Positions 28,687-38,173 of a stretch of DNA of 64,000 bases are shown one piece after another. The translations under genes and the position numbers were made by a program. Within the stretch, counting starts at the first letter, position 1. Each line of letters opens with the position of its first letter. The stretch comes from Candidatus Eiseniibacteriota bacterium (GTDB lineage: Bacteria; Eisenbacteria; RBG-16-71-46; CAIMUX01; VGJL01). Below the pieces are notes generated by a model, which worked only from the letters and a program-made list of their open reading frames with translations, made no database searches and was not told where the DNA came from. Location: contig JBHGAY010000007.1 in assembly GCA_041946735.1 (NCBI GenBank), forward strand, positions 100,504-164,503. The letters are read 5' to 3'.

Positions 28687-30924
28687 CTACGGCCTCAGCC
28701 AGGCCCTCTGAACCGCCTCGTTCCCTGCCGCGTCGGCGGCGCGCACCGCCGCCCAGCTTCCGTCCTCGTCCCGATCGAGATCGATCGTCACCTGGAAGGC
28801 CTCCTGCTTGGAATCGAGGAAGCCGTCGGCGGGAACGAGAGGCCGCCAAGGGTTGCCGTCCCAGGAGACCTCGAGGCGCCGGATCGGGGAGGCGTCGTCT
28901 TGCGCGCGCCCCTCGATCCGCAGCTGGCGCGGACCGTCCTTTCTGGCCAGCAGATCGAGAATCTCCGGGGGGCGATGATCGACGCGGAACGGACCGCCGA
29001 CCCGGGTGTCCTCCTTCGCTTCCCCCGGAGGATTCGCCGGGGCGTCGGTCGCGTGGATACGCACCTCGTAGGAGCCGTCGGGCAGAGTCCCCGTATCGAT
29101 CGCGAAGGAAGGCGAGTCGAGATCGCGCGCGAGCGGACGGAATTTCTCCTCGCCCACCTGGCGTATAGCGACGTCGAAGCGCAGCGGATCTCCGTTGGGA
29201 TCCTTCGCCTCCCAGACGACCGCGCGGACGTTGCGCACCCAAGGGGGCGGCCCCTCGCCGGCGGGCTGCGGCTGCGCCTGCGCCCGCTGGATCTGCACGC
29301 GCACGCCTCCCCCAAGATCCTGCGTGTACGCGGCGCCTCCTCCGGCGTCGGAGGAGGCGCCGCCGCCTCCGTCGTCGGAGGCGAAGCGGATGCGGTCGAT
29401 GCGAGGGGCGAGGTTCGGCTCGGTGTACGGGATCCAGATCCGGCGAAGGCGCGCGGGCTCCGCCGAGGCATTCGGCGTCCCGCCGGACGGCTCGTAGCTC
29501 GCCTCGACTTGGAGGAAGCGGGCGGGCGGGCTCGCGACCTGCGACCCTTCGGGATCCTGAAGCAGGCCGCTCCACTCGCTCCATGTCGAGTCGGGCGTCT
29601 CGGTGTAGCCGCTGCGCGTGCGGAGGCGCCAGCTTCCCGCCCCCGGGAGGACTTCCCAGAAGACGCGGCCCCACGAAGCGTTGTTCTTGGCGTCGAGCGG
29701 CTCGGGACGGATCCACGCCTCGCCGTCCCGCTCGGGACCGAGTTTGTAGACGCGCCCGGGATTGCCGGTCGCAGCGAAGATCGCGTCGCGCTCGGGGAGG
29801 ACGGACAGCACCTGCCCCTCCTCGGGACGCCAGAGCAGGGTCGTTTCTCCCTCGCCGCTCACGCGGAAGAGGGCGGCGCGGTTGCCGGTGCCGACGAGCA
29901 GGTCGCCGGTCTGTGGATCGAGGGCGAGGGCGTGGATCGTGGACTCGGGCGAATCCCAGATCGCCCGGATCGTTCCGTCCGGCTCGCGCGCGAAGACCTT
30001 CGACGAGCCCGGACCGGACGTGGACGCCCCCCCCTCCGACGCCTCCTCGTCGCCGCTCTGCACCGCATCGATCGCCTGCGTGACGCCGGTCGGCGGCACG
30101 GGGACTCCCCCGCTGGGCGCCTCCGCTCCGCCCGCCGCGAAGTAGATCGTCCCTGACGGCGCGACGGCGATCTTCGAGATCTCCTGGAACGGGGCGTCGT
30201 AGAGGACTTTCGCCGCCCCGCTCGACGGGTCGATCGAAAGCAGCAGTCCCCGCCCCTCGGTGCCGGCGAGCAGGCGGCCGTCCGGACCCCAGGCGAGCGA
30301 GAGGATGTGATCGTCCTCGACGCGCGCCAGCACGCGAGCCGTGCCGTCCGGCTCGATACGATAGAGGTATCCACGCTCCCCCGTGCCTGCGTAGAGGTCG
30401 CCCTTGGGATCGGACAACAGCGCCCAGACGATCTTCTCGGGAGTGTCGAAGACCGTGCGAACGGTCCCGTCGCGGGCGATCGAGACGATCGTTCCGTTGG
30501 GAGCCCCGGAGGCGTAGACGGTTCCGTCCCTCCCCTGCGCCAGCGCGAACACCTCGTACTCGAACGTCTCCGCCAGGCGTCCCGCCTGGTCGCCGGAGAT
30601 CCGGTAGACCGTCCCGTCGGATCCCGACGCCGCGTAGATCCCGTCGTCCCGCCTACGGAGGAGCGTCCAGACCTGGGCTCCCGCGTCGGGCGCGATCAGG
30701 GTCGCCGCGGGACCGGGCAGAACGGTTCCATCCTCGTGGAGCGCGACGCCGTTCATCCGAGCCTTGTCGAAGTCGCTCAAGCCCTCGAGACGGAACGCCT
30801 GCGTGCGCGCCGCGCTCGCTTCGCGAGCTGCGCCGGCGGTCCAGACGAAAACGATGGCGAGCGTGATCACGATCACACGCCCGCCCGAAAACCCCCGGCG
30901 TACCCCGAACCGTGCTCCCCTCAT
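28687..30924 (-). CDS. Exported beta-propeller plus Ig/FN3-like protein
   Basis: Signal peptide; repeats such as VWALLSDPKGDLYAGTG.RG.LYRI; C-terminal D.NGD.L.F and LPDGSYEVRI.ATD. Confidence 0.8.
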   Translation of the reverse strand: MRGARFGVRRGFSGGRVIVITLAIVFVWTAGAAREASAARTQAFRLEGLSDFDKARMNGVALHEDGTVLPGPAATLIAPDAGAQVWTLLRRRDDGIYAASGSDGTVYRISGDQAGRLAETFEYEVFALAQGRDGTVYASGAPNGTIVSIARDGTVRTVFDTPEKIVWALLSDPKGDLYAGTGERGYLYRIEPDGTARVLARVEDDHILSLAWGPDGRLLAGTEGRGLLLSIDPSSGAAKVLYDAPFQEISKIAVAPSGTIYFAAGGAEAPSGGVPVPPTGVTQAIDAVQSGDEEASEGGASTSGPGSSKVFAREPDGTIRAIWDSPESTIHALALDPQTGDLLVGTGNRAALFRVSGEGETTLLWRPEEGQVLSVLPERDAIFAATGNPGRVYKLGPERDGEAWIRPEPLDAKNNASWGRVFWEVLPGAGSWRLRTRSGYTETPDSTWSEWSGLLQDPEGSQVASPPARFLQVEASYEPSGGTPNASAEPARLRRIWIPYTEPNLAPRIDRIRFASDDGGGGASSDAGGGAAYTQDLGGGVRVQIQRAQAQPQPAGEGPPPWVRNVRAVVWEAKDPNGDPLRFDVAIRQVGEEKFRPLARDLDSPSFAIDTGTLPDGSYEVRIHATDAPANPPGEAKEDTRVGGPFRVDHRPPEILDLLARKDGPRQLRIEGRAQDDASPIRRLEVSWDGNPWRPLVPADGFLDSKQEAFQVTIDLDRDEDGSWAAVRAADAAGNEAVQRAWLRP

Positions 30925-31057
30925 GCGCCCCTCTCCTCTTCCGTGCGCTTCTTTTCGCCTTGGTGCGCCTTGCGGCGCTGCGGCGCTTGCTGCGCTAGCT
31001 GCGCTTGCGCCTCGGGTATGCCCCGCGACTCTCGCCCCGCCACCCTACGGGCACGTC

Positions 31058-33049
31058 TTACGGCTCGACACGGACGCGCACGCCCAGACCGCCCGTGACC
31101 ACGCTCGCAGCGTCGATCCGGCGCTCCTCGATCCGATAGTTCGTGCTCGGTCGCGCCGGCCCCCGCTTGTGAGCGGAGCCGAGCACGCTCTCGATCGATC
31201 CGGGCAGCGGTCCCATCTCGAGGTCGCCCAGGACCACGCCGTCCTCCTCCCCATAGATTCTCACCAGGAGATCGCCCGCGTCGGGGTACTCGCGAATCAG
31301 CCGCTCGAGACCGGCGAGATCCTTCGGCTCATAAATCGACGGCGAGCGATCCTGATCCCATTCGGTCAGATCCCTCGCCCCTCCGGCCACGATCAGCAGC
31401 GACTTGCCCCGCCAACGCTCCGGTACCTGGATCTCGACCGGAATCTCGCGGCGCGTTCCCTGGCGGTCCTGCAGGCGCGCGGTGAGGGACAGCGTTTCGC
31501 CGGGGCGAACCTCGGCGCGCTCCGCCCACAGATCGACCAGGATGGACTCGGCGAGCTTCGGCGCGTAGGAGACGTCGAGCGAAACCGAGTCGAGCGTGAC
31601 CGGCTCGAAGGGGTTCGTCAGCAGCAGCGGGACCGGGGCGAGCAGGACGCCAGCGATTTCCGAGGAGGGAAGGCGCGAAGCGAGGCGGTCGCGCCGCACC
31701 AGCGTGCGGCCGCCGTTGTAGTGGATCGTCAGCGTTCCGTCCATTGCCGCTTCTCCGGTGCGCCATCCCTGGTGCAGGAAGGAGTTCGTCGCGGCCCAGC
31801 CCAGCAGGGTCGGCTCGAGCAGCACCCCACGCGCGATGCGGTAGCGATACTCACGGCGGCCGTCCGGGCCGTCGAGCGTGATCCGCGCCGGAAGCATCGG
31901 CGGCGTCGGGCCGAGGCGCCCGGAGATTCCCGAGCGGAGGTCCTGTCGCAGGGTGCCGATGATCGGCCCGGCGTTCGCCATCTTGAAGGAGGAGTCGTAG
32001 GAGGAGACGATCCCCTGCACGTCGGCGCTCGTGAGCGGCAGCTCTACCGGCCCCGCCTGGAAGAGCGGGTGCCCGAAGGCGACGATCTCCTCTCCCTTCC
32101 GGTAGGTGACTGTGCCGACGGCCGCGAGCGAGGCATCGCCGTCGATCAGGAGGACGCCGACGGCCGAGCCTGGCTGCAGGGAGGAGCGGCCGGCCGGCGC
32201 CGCGGCGCGCGCGGGGGGCGCAGCGGCGGAGCCGGAGCCGCCCTCCTGCCGGCCGGCGAACGCGCGCGAGGAGCCCGGAGCCGGGGTTGGGGCGGACGCA
32301 ACCGGGTCCGCGCTGCCGCTTACGACAGGGGTCGCCGCGCCGAAGCCGCGCGCGAACCCCTCGATCGACGAGCGGACTTCGGGGCTCCAGCCCGATCCGA
32401 CCATCGTGATGAGCGACCGCCGGTCTTCACCGCCGGCCGGCGGCGGGGCGAGCGCCGCCCACGCCTGCGCGTCGTAGGAGTGAGCGAGGAAGGACCGGCG
32501 AAACGGCTCGTAGCCGCCGGCCGGCGCTGCCATCCACGGAGCGGGAGGTTCGTCGATCCTCTCCAGGCCCTCGAGCATCTCGCCGATCGGCGTGATCATG
32601 CCGACCGCGTCCTTGGCGAACGGGAAGGCGAAGGCAATCGCGCCGACGAGCTTCCCGTCGACGTAAACGGGGCTGCCGCTCATGCCCGCGACGATTCCGG
32701 TGTGCGCGAGGCTGTCGCCGAGCGCACGGAAGAGGATCAGGTCTCCCTTGGGCTGCGTTCCCGACACGCGGCCGAGCAGCTCGATCGGGAACGCGCGTGC
32801 CTCCGTCCCCTCGAAGACGGTCTTGGCGTACCCCTGCTGCCCGGGATGGATGTCCTGGGGGGCGAGGATCGCGGCGACGGCAGGCACTTCGGCCGCCGGG
32901 TCGGAGCCGTCCACCGCGGGAGCGGGAAGGCTGGGCGGGGCGGCCGGCTGCGAGCCGGCGAATGCCGAGCCGGCAGCGGCAGCAAAAGCGAGCAAGGCCA
33001 GGCAGAGGAACGCCGCAAAGGCGCCCGAGCCTCGAAATGATCCGGTCAC
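31058..33049 (-). CDS. SpoIVB/peptidase S55-domain exported protein
   Basis: GIVAGMSGSPVYVDGKLVGAIA, GTVTY, AFGHP; RBS AGGAGG before GTG 33049. Confidence 0.88.
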   Translation of the reverse strand: MTGSFRGSGAFAAFLCLALLAFAAAAGSAFAGSQPAAPPSLPAPAVDGSDPAAEVPAVAAILAPQDIHPGQQGYAKTVFEGTEARAFPIELLGRVSGTQPKGDLILFRALGDSLAHTGIVAGMSGSPVYVDGKLVGAIAFAFPFAKDAVGMITPIGEMLEGLERIDEPPAPWMAAPAGGYEPFRRSFLAHSYDAQAWAALAPPPAGGEDRRSLITMVGSGWSPEVRSSIEGFARGFGAATPVVSGSADPVASAPTPAPGSSRAFAGRQEGGSGSAAAPPARAAAPAGRSSLQPGSAVGVLLIDGDASLAAVGTVTYRKGEEIVAFGHPLFQAGPVELPLTSADVQGIVSSYDSSFKMANAGPIIGTLRQDLRSGISGRLGPTPPMLPARITLDGPDGRREYRYRIARGVLLEPTLLGWAATNSFLHQGWRTGEAAMDGTLTIHYNGGRTLVRRDRLASRLPSSEIAGVLLAPVPLLLTNPFEPVTLDSVSLDVSYAPKLAESILVDLWAERAEVRPGETLSLTARLQDRQGTRREIPVEIQVPERWRGKSLLIVAGGARDLTEWDQDRSPSIYEPKDLAGLERLIREYPDAGDLLVRIYGEEDGVVLGDLEMGPLPGSIESVLGSAHKRGPARPSTNYRIEERRIDAASVVTGGLGVRVRVEP

Positions 33050-33179
33050 GCGATGCTCCTCCTGACGAATGCGAGGTGAATGGCTCATTCTAGCGATCGG
33101 CCCTCGTTCTAGAACACAGGAGCTTTCTTCTTGCTGCACGGCGACTTCGAACCTAGACTGCCGCTCCCTGGGGGTGGAG

Positions 33180-34073
33180 ATGCGGGTTTCGGGCTTTTCC
33201 TTCGTACGAGACGCGGTTCGCCTGCACTATCCGATCGCGCAGGCGATCCGCTCGGCCCTCCCCCTCGTCGATGAGTTCGTCGTGGCCGTCGGCCCCTCCG
33301 AAGATGGCACGCTGGAGGCAATCCGCGCGATCGGAGATCCGAAGGTGAAGATCCTCCAGACCGAATGGGACCCGGAGCACTTCGTTCACGGCAGGATCAA
33401 CGCGGTGCAGACCGATCTCGCGATGGACGCCTGCACGGGCGACTGGGGGCTCTACCTCCAGGCGGACGAGGTTCTGCACGAGGAGGACCTCCCCAGGCTG
33501 CGCGAGGCGATGGAGCGCTGGAGCGGCGATCCGGCCGTGGAAGGCTTCCTCTTCGACTATCTCCATTTCTGGGGCGATTTCGAGCACGTCCAATGGACTC
33601 GCAATTGGTACCGCCACGAGGTGCGGATCGTGCGGCTGGGGCAGGGCATCCGCTCCTGGAAGAGCGCGCAGGGCTTCCGGCGGGACGGACGAAAGCTGCG
33701 CGTGCGGCACGTCCGCGCAAGGATCTTCCATTACGGTTGGGTCCGTCCTCCCGAGGTGATGAAGCGAAAGCAGATCGCACTCGACAAACTCCACCACGCG
33801 GCGGACTGGGTGCAGCGGCGCCATCCTGACGGCGGCTCGGTCCCCTTCGACTACGGCTCGCTCGAGAGGCTGCGCCGGTTCGCCGGGACGCACCCGGCCG
33901 TGATGCGGGAGTGGATCGCGGCGAAAGGATGGGATGCCTCGAGCGCGCGCCGCCCTGGGACCGTGCACGAGCACGATCGATCCTCGACGCGGATGTGGAC
34001 CTGGATCGAGGATCGCCTCCTGCGCCGCCAGCTCGGCGTGTATCGCAACTACATACGGATCGGCCCCGCCTGA
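33180..34073 (+). CDS. Glycosyltransferase family 2
   Basis: SEDGT, YLQADE, YLHFWG, IFHYGWVRPP. Confidence 0.85.
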   Translation: MRVSGFSFVRDAVRLHYPIAQAIRSALPLVDEFVVAVGPSEDGTLEAIRAIGDPKVKILQTEWDPEHFVHGRINAVQTDLAMDACTGDWGLYLQADEVLHEEDLPRLREAMERWSGDPAVEGFLFDYLHFWGDFEHVQWTRNWYRHEVRIVRLGQGIRSWKSAQGFRRDGRKLRVRHVRARIFHYGWVRPPEVMKRKQIALDKLHHAADWVQRRHPDGGSVPFDYGSLERLRRFAGTHPAVMREWIAAKGWDASSARRPGTVHEHDRSSTRMWTWIEDRLLRRQLGVYRNYIRIGPA

Positions 34074-34160
34074 CGGGCGGGGCCTCGCTCTCCGGGGCGG
34101 GCCGGCGGCGCCTGCCGCTCGCCGGCCGTTCGTCCGAGTCAGGATTGCGTCAGAACCGCG

Positions 34161-35018
34161 TCAGAAGACGTAGATCCGCAGACCGATCCGCGCAACGACG
34201 CCGGAGAAGTCCTGGTCCAGATTCCCCCGGACGGTCGGCTCCTCGCTTTGCTGCGCCGGCTCGTTGAGGAATCCCCAGAGGTAGGAGGTCTCGGAAAGAT
34301 CGCGCTCGTTCGGGATGCCGTCGTGGTCGTCATCGGAACCGGGATCGCGCAGCTTGCTGATCGTCCAGGATCCGGAGTCGAAGCCGGCCTTCGCGCGCCG
34401 GTAGCCCCCCTCGAACATCAGCGAAAACCGGTCCGCCAGCGTGTACTCCGTCATGACGCCGGCCTCGAAGCCGCTGCCGGATCCCTTGAGCTCCAAGGAC
34501 TCGAGCCGGGGGGCGTTCTTGCTCGTCACCTCGTGGGTGACCTTCGTCTTGACGTCCTTCAAGAGGACCACGCCGCCGAAGGCCCGCATCGACATGTTCG
34601 TCAGAGGCCGCCATGGCAGACGATAGGAGAGCCGCGGAACGAACATCTTCGTGCGCGGCTCGACGGAGATCACCTGGTTGAAATCTACGTCCGACTTCGC
34701 CCAGGACTGCTCGTAGAGCAGGCCGAGCCGGAGATTGGAGGTGAGGTCATATGCGAGATCGCCGCCCGCGATGAATCCCGAATGAATTCGATCAGGGACA
34801 TCCCAGTCTTGGGAGAGCGGCTCCGTGGCAAGGTTGTGGTTGCTTCGGCTGATCGCCGAGTTGACCTCCCCCATGTCGAGCCCGCTCATCCCGAAACGAA
34901 GCGCCACGCTCATCCGGCCGACCGGATCTGCCGCCGTCGCGCTCTGCGGGAGAATCCACGAAAGGGAGACGAAGAAAAGAACCGCCGCACCCTTCCGCCC
35001 CACCAACTTCAACGCCAT
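34161..35018 (-). CDS. Outer-membrane beta-barrel protein
   Basis: Signal peptide, amphipathic strands, C-terminal RIGLRIYVF (terminal Phe). Confidence 0.78.
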   Translation of the reverse strand: MALKLVGRKGAAVLFFVSLSWILPQSATAADPVGRMSVALRFGMSGLDMGEVNSAISRSNHNLATEPLSQDWDVPDRIHSGFIAGGDLAYDLTSNLRLGLLYEQSWAKSDVDFNQVISVEPRTKMFVPRLSYRLPWRPLTNMSMRAFGGVVLLKDVKTKVTHEVTSKNAPRLESLELKGSGSGFEAGVMTEYTLADRFSLMFEGGYRRAKAGFDSGSWTISKLRDPGSDDDHDGIPNERDLSETSYLWGFLNEPAQQSEEPTVRGNLDQDFSGVVARIGLRIYVF

Positions 35019-35092
35019 CGTCCCGACCCCTTCCCGGTGTTGGCATCCCCTTCCCGGCGTCCGTCTCGGACGCGGGAACCCCGGCTGCGGAA

Positions 35093-35121
35093 ACGCTATC
35101 AGGGGGGGATGCGAGTGTCAA
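35093..35121 (-). promoter_or_regulatory. sigma70-type promoter for the OMP gene
   Basis: TTGACA-17 nt-TAGCGT with TG extension. Confidence 0.6.
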
Positions 35122-35306
35122 CGTGCCTCCCCGAAACGGGAAGGCGCCTCCGCCCCGGCCCTCGTCCTGTCCGCCATCGTCCTTCCGTTCCTCGTCCGGT
35201 GGTGTTCGGGAGCCACGGCGGCCGGGTCTGCCTCGTGCCGTTCGCCGAGCACCGGGGTCGGCTGCGGGGTCGGCTGCCGGCTCCCCCGGACCCCGCCGCC
35301 ACCATT

Positions 35307-35351
35307 GGCGGGACGATCAGCGGCGGGACGATCAGCGGCGGGACGATCAGC
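35307..35351. repeat. 3 x 15-bp perfect tandem repeat GGCGGGACGATCAGC
   Basis: Read directly; the rightmost unit holds the stop codon of the nucleotidase gene. Confidence 0.95.
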
Positions 35352-36807
35352 GCTCGTGCGGCATGGGATCGAAGCGCGCCCGGAAGTACTTGTCGACCGG
35401 GTAGTGCAGGAAGTTCGAGACGCCGGCGGTATAGATGCATGCGAAGTCGCGCACCTGCGCGGCGAAGTGGCTCGGAGCGAGGCCGGTGTGGAACATCGGC
35501 CCCCATCGCTCGTTGTGGTCGCGCTCGATCTCGGACTGCAGCGTCCTGATCCGCGCCTCGAGCTGCACGATCTCCCCGCCGACCGACGCGAGGAGCTCGC
35601 CGACCGGCAACCTCCGGCCCCCCTCCAACGGAGGCCGGGCCACTCCCTCCTGCACGCGCTCGAGCAGATCGGAGACTCGCAGGAGGCCGTCGAGACGGTC
35701 CATCTGCCGTCGGAGAACGTTGCGGCGGCTCTGCTGCCTCTCCATGATCTCCAGCTCGCGCTGCAACTCCTGCACGATCATCGCCGTTCTCCAGAGACGC
35801 ACCCGCTTGGACTTGAGAATGTCCCCGTAGGTGTGATCGCCGAAGTACAGGATCTTGTCGCCCCCGCATCCGAGACGTCGCTCGAGGTCGCCGACGCTTC
35901 CTCCCGCGAACACCTTCGCTCCCTCGACCGCTTCTTCGCCGGCGCCCGCAAGCCGGATCGGGCGCGCTTCTCTCCGGCTGCGGAAGAACGCAGGCTTCCC
36001 CGCCCGGACGACGATGATGTCGAAGAAGTCGGTCCAGCGCGGGCGCTCGCGGAGCTTTCCATCCAGAAGGCGCCCGAGGATTTCCGCCGTGTACTCCGCT
36101 TCGGAGTTCGTCAGCAGGAAAAGGCGGAAGCCATGCTCCTTCATGCGATGCAGCGTGGCCGGCAGGTCGGGATCGACTCGCAGGTAGCGCTCCGGCTCGC
36201 GCGCAATCTCCGACTTTATGCTTCCGTCGGCATGGGCCTCGTCGATCGCCCCGCGGACTTGCTGGTACAGCGATCGGTAATCGCGAGGATGGCGTTTCGC
36301 ATCCTGGAGATCGACGAGCTGCGCATAGAGATCGATCTCGGGCAGCGAGAAGGGAGAGTCGACGGTGACGTAGTCACCCCGCGAGAAGCGGATCGGACGC
36401 CTCTGGTAGAGGCGCTTGCGCATCTCGTCGGGAAGAGGGCGTGTTCCATGGAAGGCGCGGGCGACGTAGCGATGCTGGTCCATCTTGAGGATGTTCCCTC
36501 GCGCCTTGTCGAGCACGAGGCCGCGGATGACGAACGAAGCGTCGTAGCGCATCGTGGCCAGCTCCGGATCGAGACCGGCCGTCACCAGCTTCCGCTTCGC
36601 CTCCTCGAACGCGAGTTCCTCGAAGGGAACGGTGTCGTAGAGGGCGAGGGTGTGATCCATGTCGAAGCCGATCGCCTGGATCGCGGAGAGGCGCAGATTG
36701 CGGTTCACGAAGATCCGTCGCGATAGCGGCAGGGTCGCGGCCTTCGCGAACGAATCCCAGGGCACGCGTCGCTTGCGTGAGGAAGGATCGAGTCTCGGCT
36801 GGAACAT
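35347..36807 (-). CDS. HAD-IG family 5'-nucleotidase (cN-II-like)
   Basis: IFVNRNL, GFDMDHTLALY, LLTNS, KPAFF, YFGDHTYGDI, WRTAMIVQEL. Confidence 0.93.
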   Translation of the reverse strand: MFQPRLDPSSRKRRVPWDSFAKAATLPLSRRIFVNRNLRLSAIQAIGFDMDHTLALYDTVPFEELAFEEAKRKLVTAGLDPELATMRYDASFVIRGLVLDKARGNILKMDQHRYVARAFHGTRPLPDEMRKRLYQRRPIRFSRGDYVTVDSPFSLPEIDLYAQLVDLQDAKRHPRDYRSLYQQVRGAIDEAHADGSIKSEIAREPERYLRVDPDLPATLHRMKEHGFRLFLLTNSEAEYTAEILGRLLDGKLRERPRWTDFFDIIVVRAGKPAFFRSRREARPIRLAGAGEEAVEGAKVFAGGSVGDLERRLGCGGDKILYFGDHTYGDILKSKRVRLWRTAMIVQELQRELEIMERQQSRRNVLRRQMDRLDGLLRVSDLLERVQEGVARPPLEGGRRLPVGELLASVGGEIVQLEARIRTLQSEIERDHNERWGPMFHTGLAPSHFAAQVRDFACIYTAGVSNFLHYPVDKYFRARFDPMPHER

Positions 36808-36880
36808 CGTGGCGGATGGTACGGGGCTTCCCGCTCGATGCTCAAGCGGGAAGCCCGGGGTTGGAGGGAGGAGGACTGCC

Positions 36881-37342
36881 TTAGCCGATTGCCGTGATTC
36901 TGTAGATCGAGAAGTGCGCTAGGTACGACGCTCTGCCTTCCGAGGTCGTCAGGCTCGGGATCGCGACGTACGTGCCCGCCGTCGGGTCGTACCACTGGAT
37001 CGTGAACGCGTCGGGATTGCCGGTCGCCTTCAAGCTCAGCGTCACGGGCGTGAGGAACCTCGTTCCGTCCGGACCTAGATCGACCCGGCCGTTGCCGCGC
37101 TGCGTCAGCGAAAGGGTCACCGACTTGCTGAGCGCCCCTGGAGGGACGAGGAGCGACGCGCCCGGAACCTGGAGGAACCCGCCGTCAGGACCGATGACCG
37201 CCGAGTCCGTCTCGACCGCCTCGGCCTCTCCGTGGATCTGGGTCTCTCCGGGGCCGCAGATTGGGGTGATCGAGTCCTGGGAGCAACCCAGCCCGAGGGG
37301 AGCCAACAGGGCCAGGCCTAGCAGCAGTCTCTTCGCCTTCAT
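36881..37342 (-). CDS. Lipoprotein with ZU5-like domain
   Basis: Lipobox LGLGC; IGPDGG.L...L.VPPGAL...LGPDGTRF..PVTL; C-terminal HFSIY; RBS GAGGAGGGAG. Confidence 0.78.
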   Translation of the reverse strand: MKAKRLLLGLALLAPLGLGCSQDSITPICGPGETQIHGEAEAVETDSAVIGPDGGFLQVPGASLLVPPGALSKSVTLSLTQRGNGRVDLGPDGTRFLTPVTLSLKATGNPDAFTIQWYDPTAGTYVAIPSLTTSEGRASYLAHFSIYRITAIG

Positions 37343-37396
37343 CGTTCTCTCCCTCCTCTGGTAAGGCAGAGTCTTCAGATGTTCTGGCCTGGCAGC

Positions 37397-37412
37397 GGCA
37401 GCTTCGGTGCCA
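37397..37412 (-). promoter_or_regulatory. sigma54 (-24/-12) promoter upstream of the lipoprotein
   Basis: Minus strand TGGCACC-GAAG-CTGCC, exact GG-N10-GC spacing. Confidence 0.65.
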
Positions 37413-37781
37413 AGTCATGGCATCTGCGGACGACGCTCGAGAACGGGCGAGGAATGAAGGACTTACGGAATCAAAAGGCCGGGAGTGCGCGCGGTGGGCC
37501 GGGACGATGTGGGGTCTTCCCCCACCTGACCTCCGGGCTCGCGGACGGACAGCCACGAAGCGAACCCGCGAGACCTCAGGAGGATCGCGAGGATGAGCGG
37601 CGGATCTCGGCCATTCGGGGGGACTTCCCCGCAATGAGGAGGCCGCGCTTCCGTCCGGGATGTCCGGTCGTCCGCGCGGCCCCTTGGTCCAGGATCTTTG
37701 GCGCCGGGCCTTGCCCTTCGCCGCGTCCGGGGTCCCCCGGCCAGCGTCCGGCGCCTTGGCTCGTTCTGTTCTTGCCCTCTA

Positions 37782-37850
37782 CTACCAGCCGGCCCGGCCG
37801 AGCGCGAGGTGCAGGAACCAGAACAGGAACATGAGACCTCCGAAGAACAT
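37782..37850 (-). CDS. Putative 22-aa hydrophobic peptide MFFGGLMFLFWFLHLALGRAGW
   Basis: Strong RBS GGAAGGAGGAAAGGAAA directly before ATG 37850; nearly all codons end in G/C; sigma54 promoter about 67 nt upstream. Confidence 0.65.
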   Translation of the reverse strand: MFFGGLMFLFWFLHLALGRAGW

Positions 37851-37916
37851 TTTCCTTTCCTCCTTCCAACCTGGGGGCGCCGCCCCCGTGACTCGATCCA
37901 ACCGCGCACGCATTGG

Positions 37917-37932
37917 AGCAGGCAGCATGCCA
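37917..37932 (-). promoter_or_regulatory. sigma54 (-24/-12) promoter upstream of the small peptide
   Basis: Minus strand TGGCATG-CTGC-CTGCT, exact GG-N10-GC spacing. Confidence 0.68.
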
Positions 37933-38055
37933 GGTCGTGCATTTCGCAACGCCGTCCACGAAGATCGTGCAAGACGCATTGACTTATTGGACTTACGGAA
38001 GGCCGCCACAGCGATCGGCTTCACGGGCGCGGGGCGGGCTTGCGGCAAGCGGAAA

Positions 38056-38089
38056 GCGCAGTTGACACCCGACATGGTGTCAACTGCGC
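38056..38089. promoter_or_regulatory. Perfect 14-bp inverted repeat (enhancer/UAS or terminator)
   Basis: GCGCAGTTGACACC-cgacat-GGTGTCAACTGCGC; a second IR GACAGTG-N8-CACTGTC at 38125-38146. Confidence 0.6.
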
Positions 38090-38173
38090 CAACCCTTGGT
38101 GGCCATTTGAGATGGAGAATCGGTGACAGTGACACGCGACACTGTCGCATATGGTTGACGCGATCGGGTCGAG

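Noticed and set aside
35307..35351. Short repeats as possible CRISPR arrays (also 48028-48067 and 63706-63956)
   Set aside because: No unique spacers of regular length, repeats too short, and no cas genes
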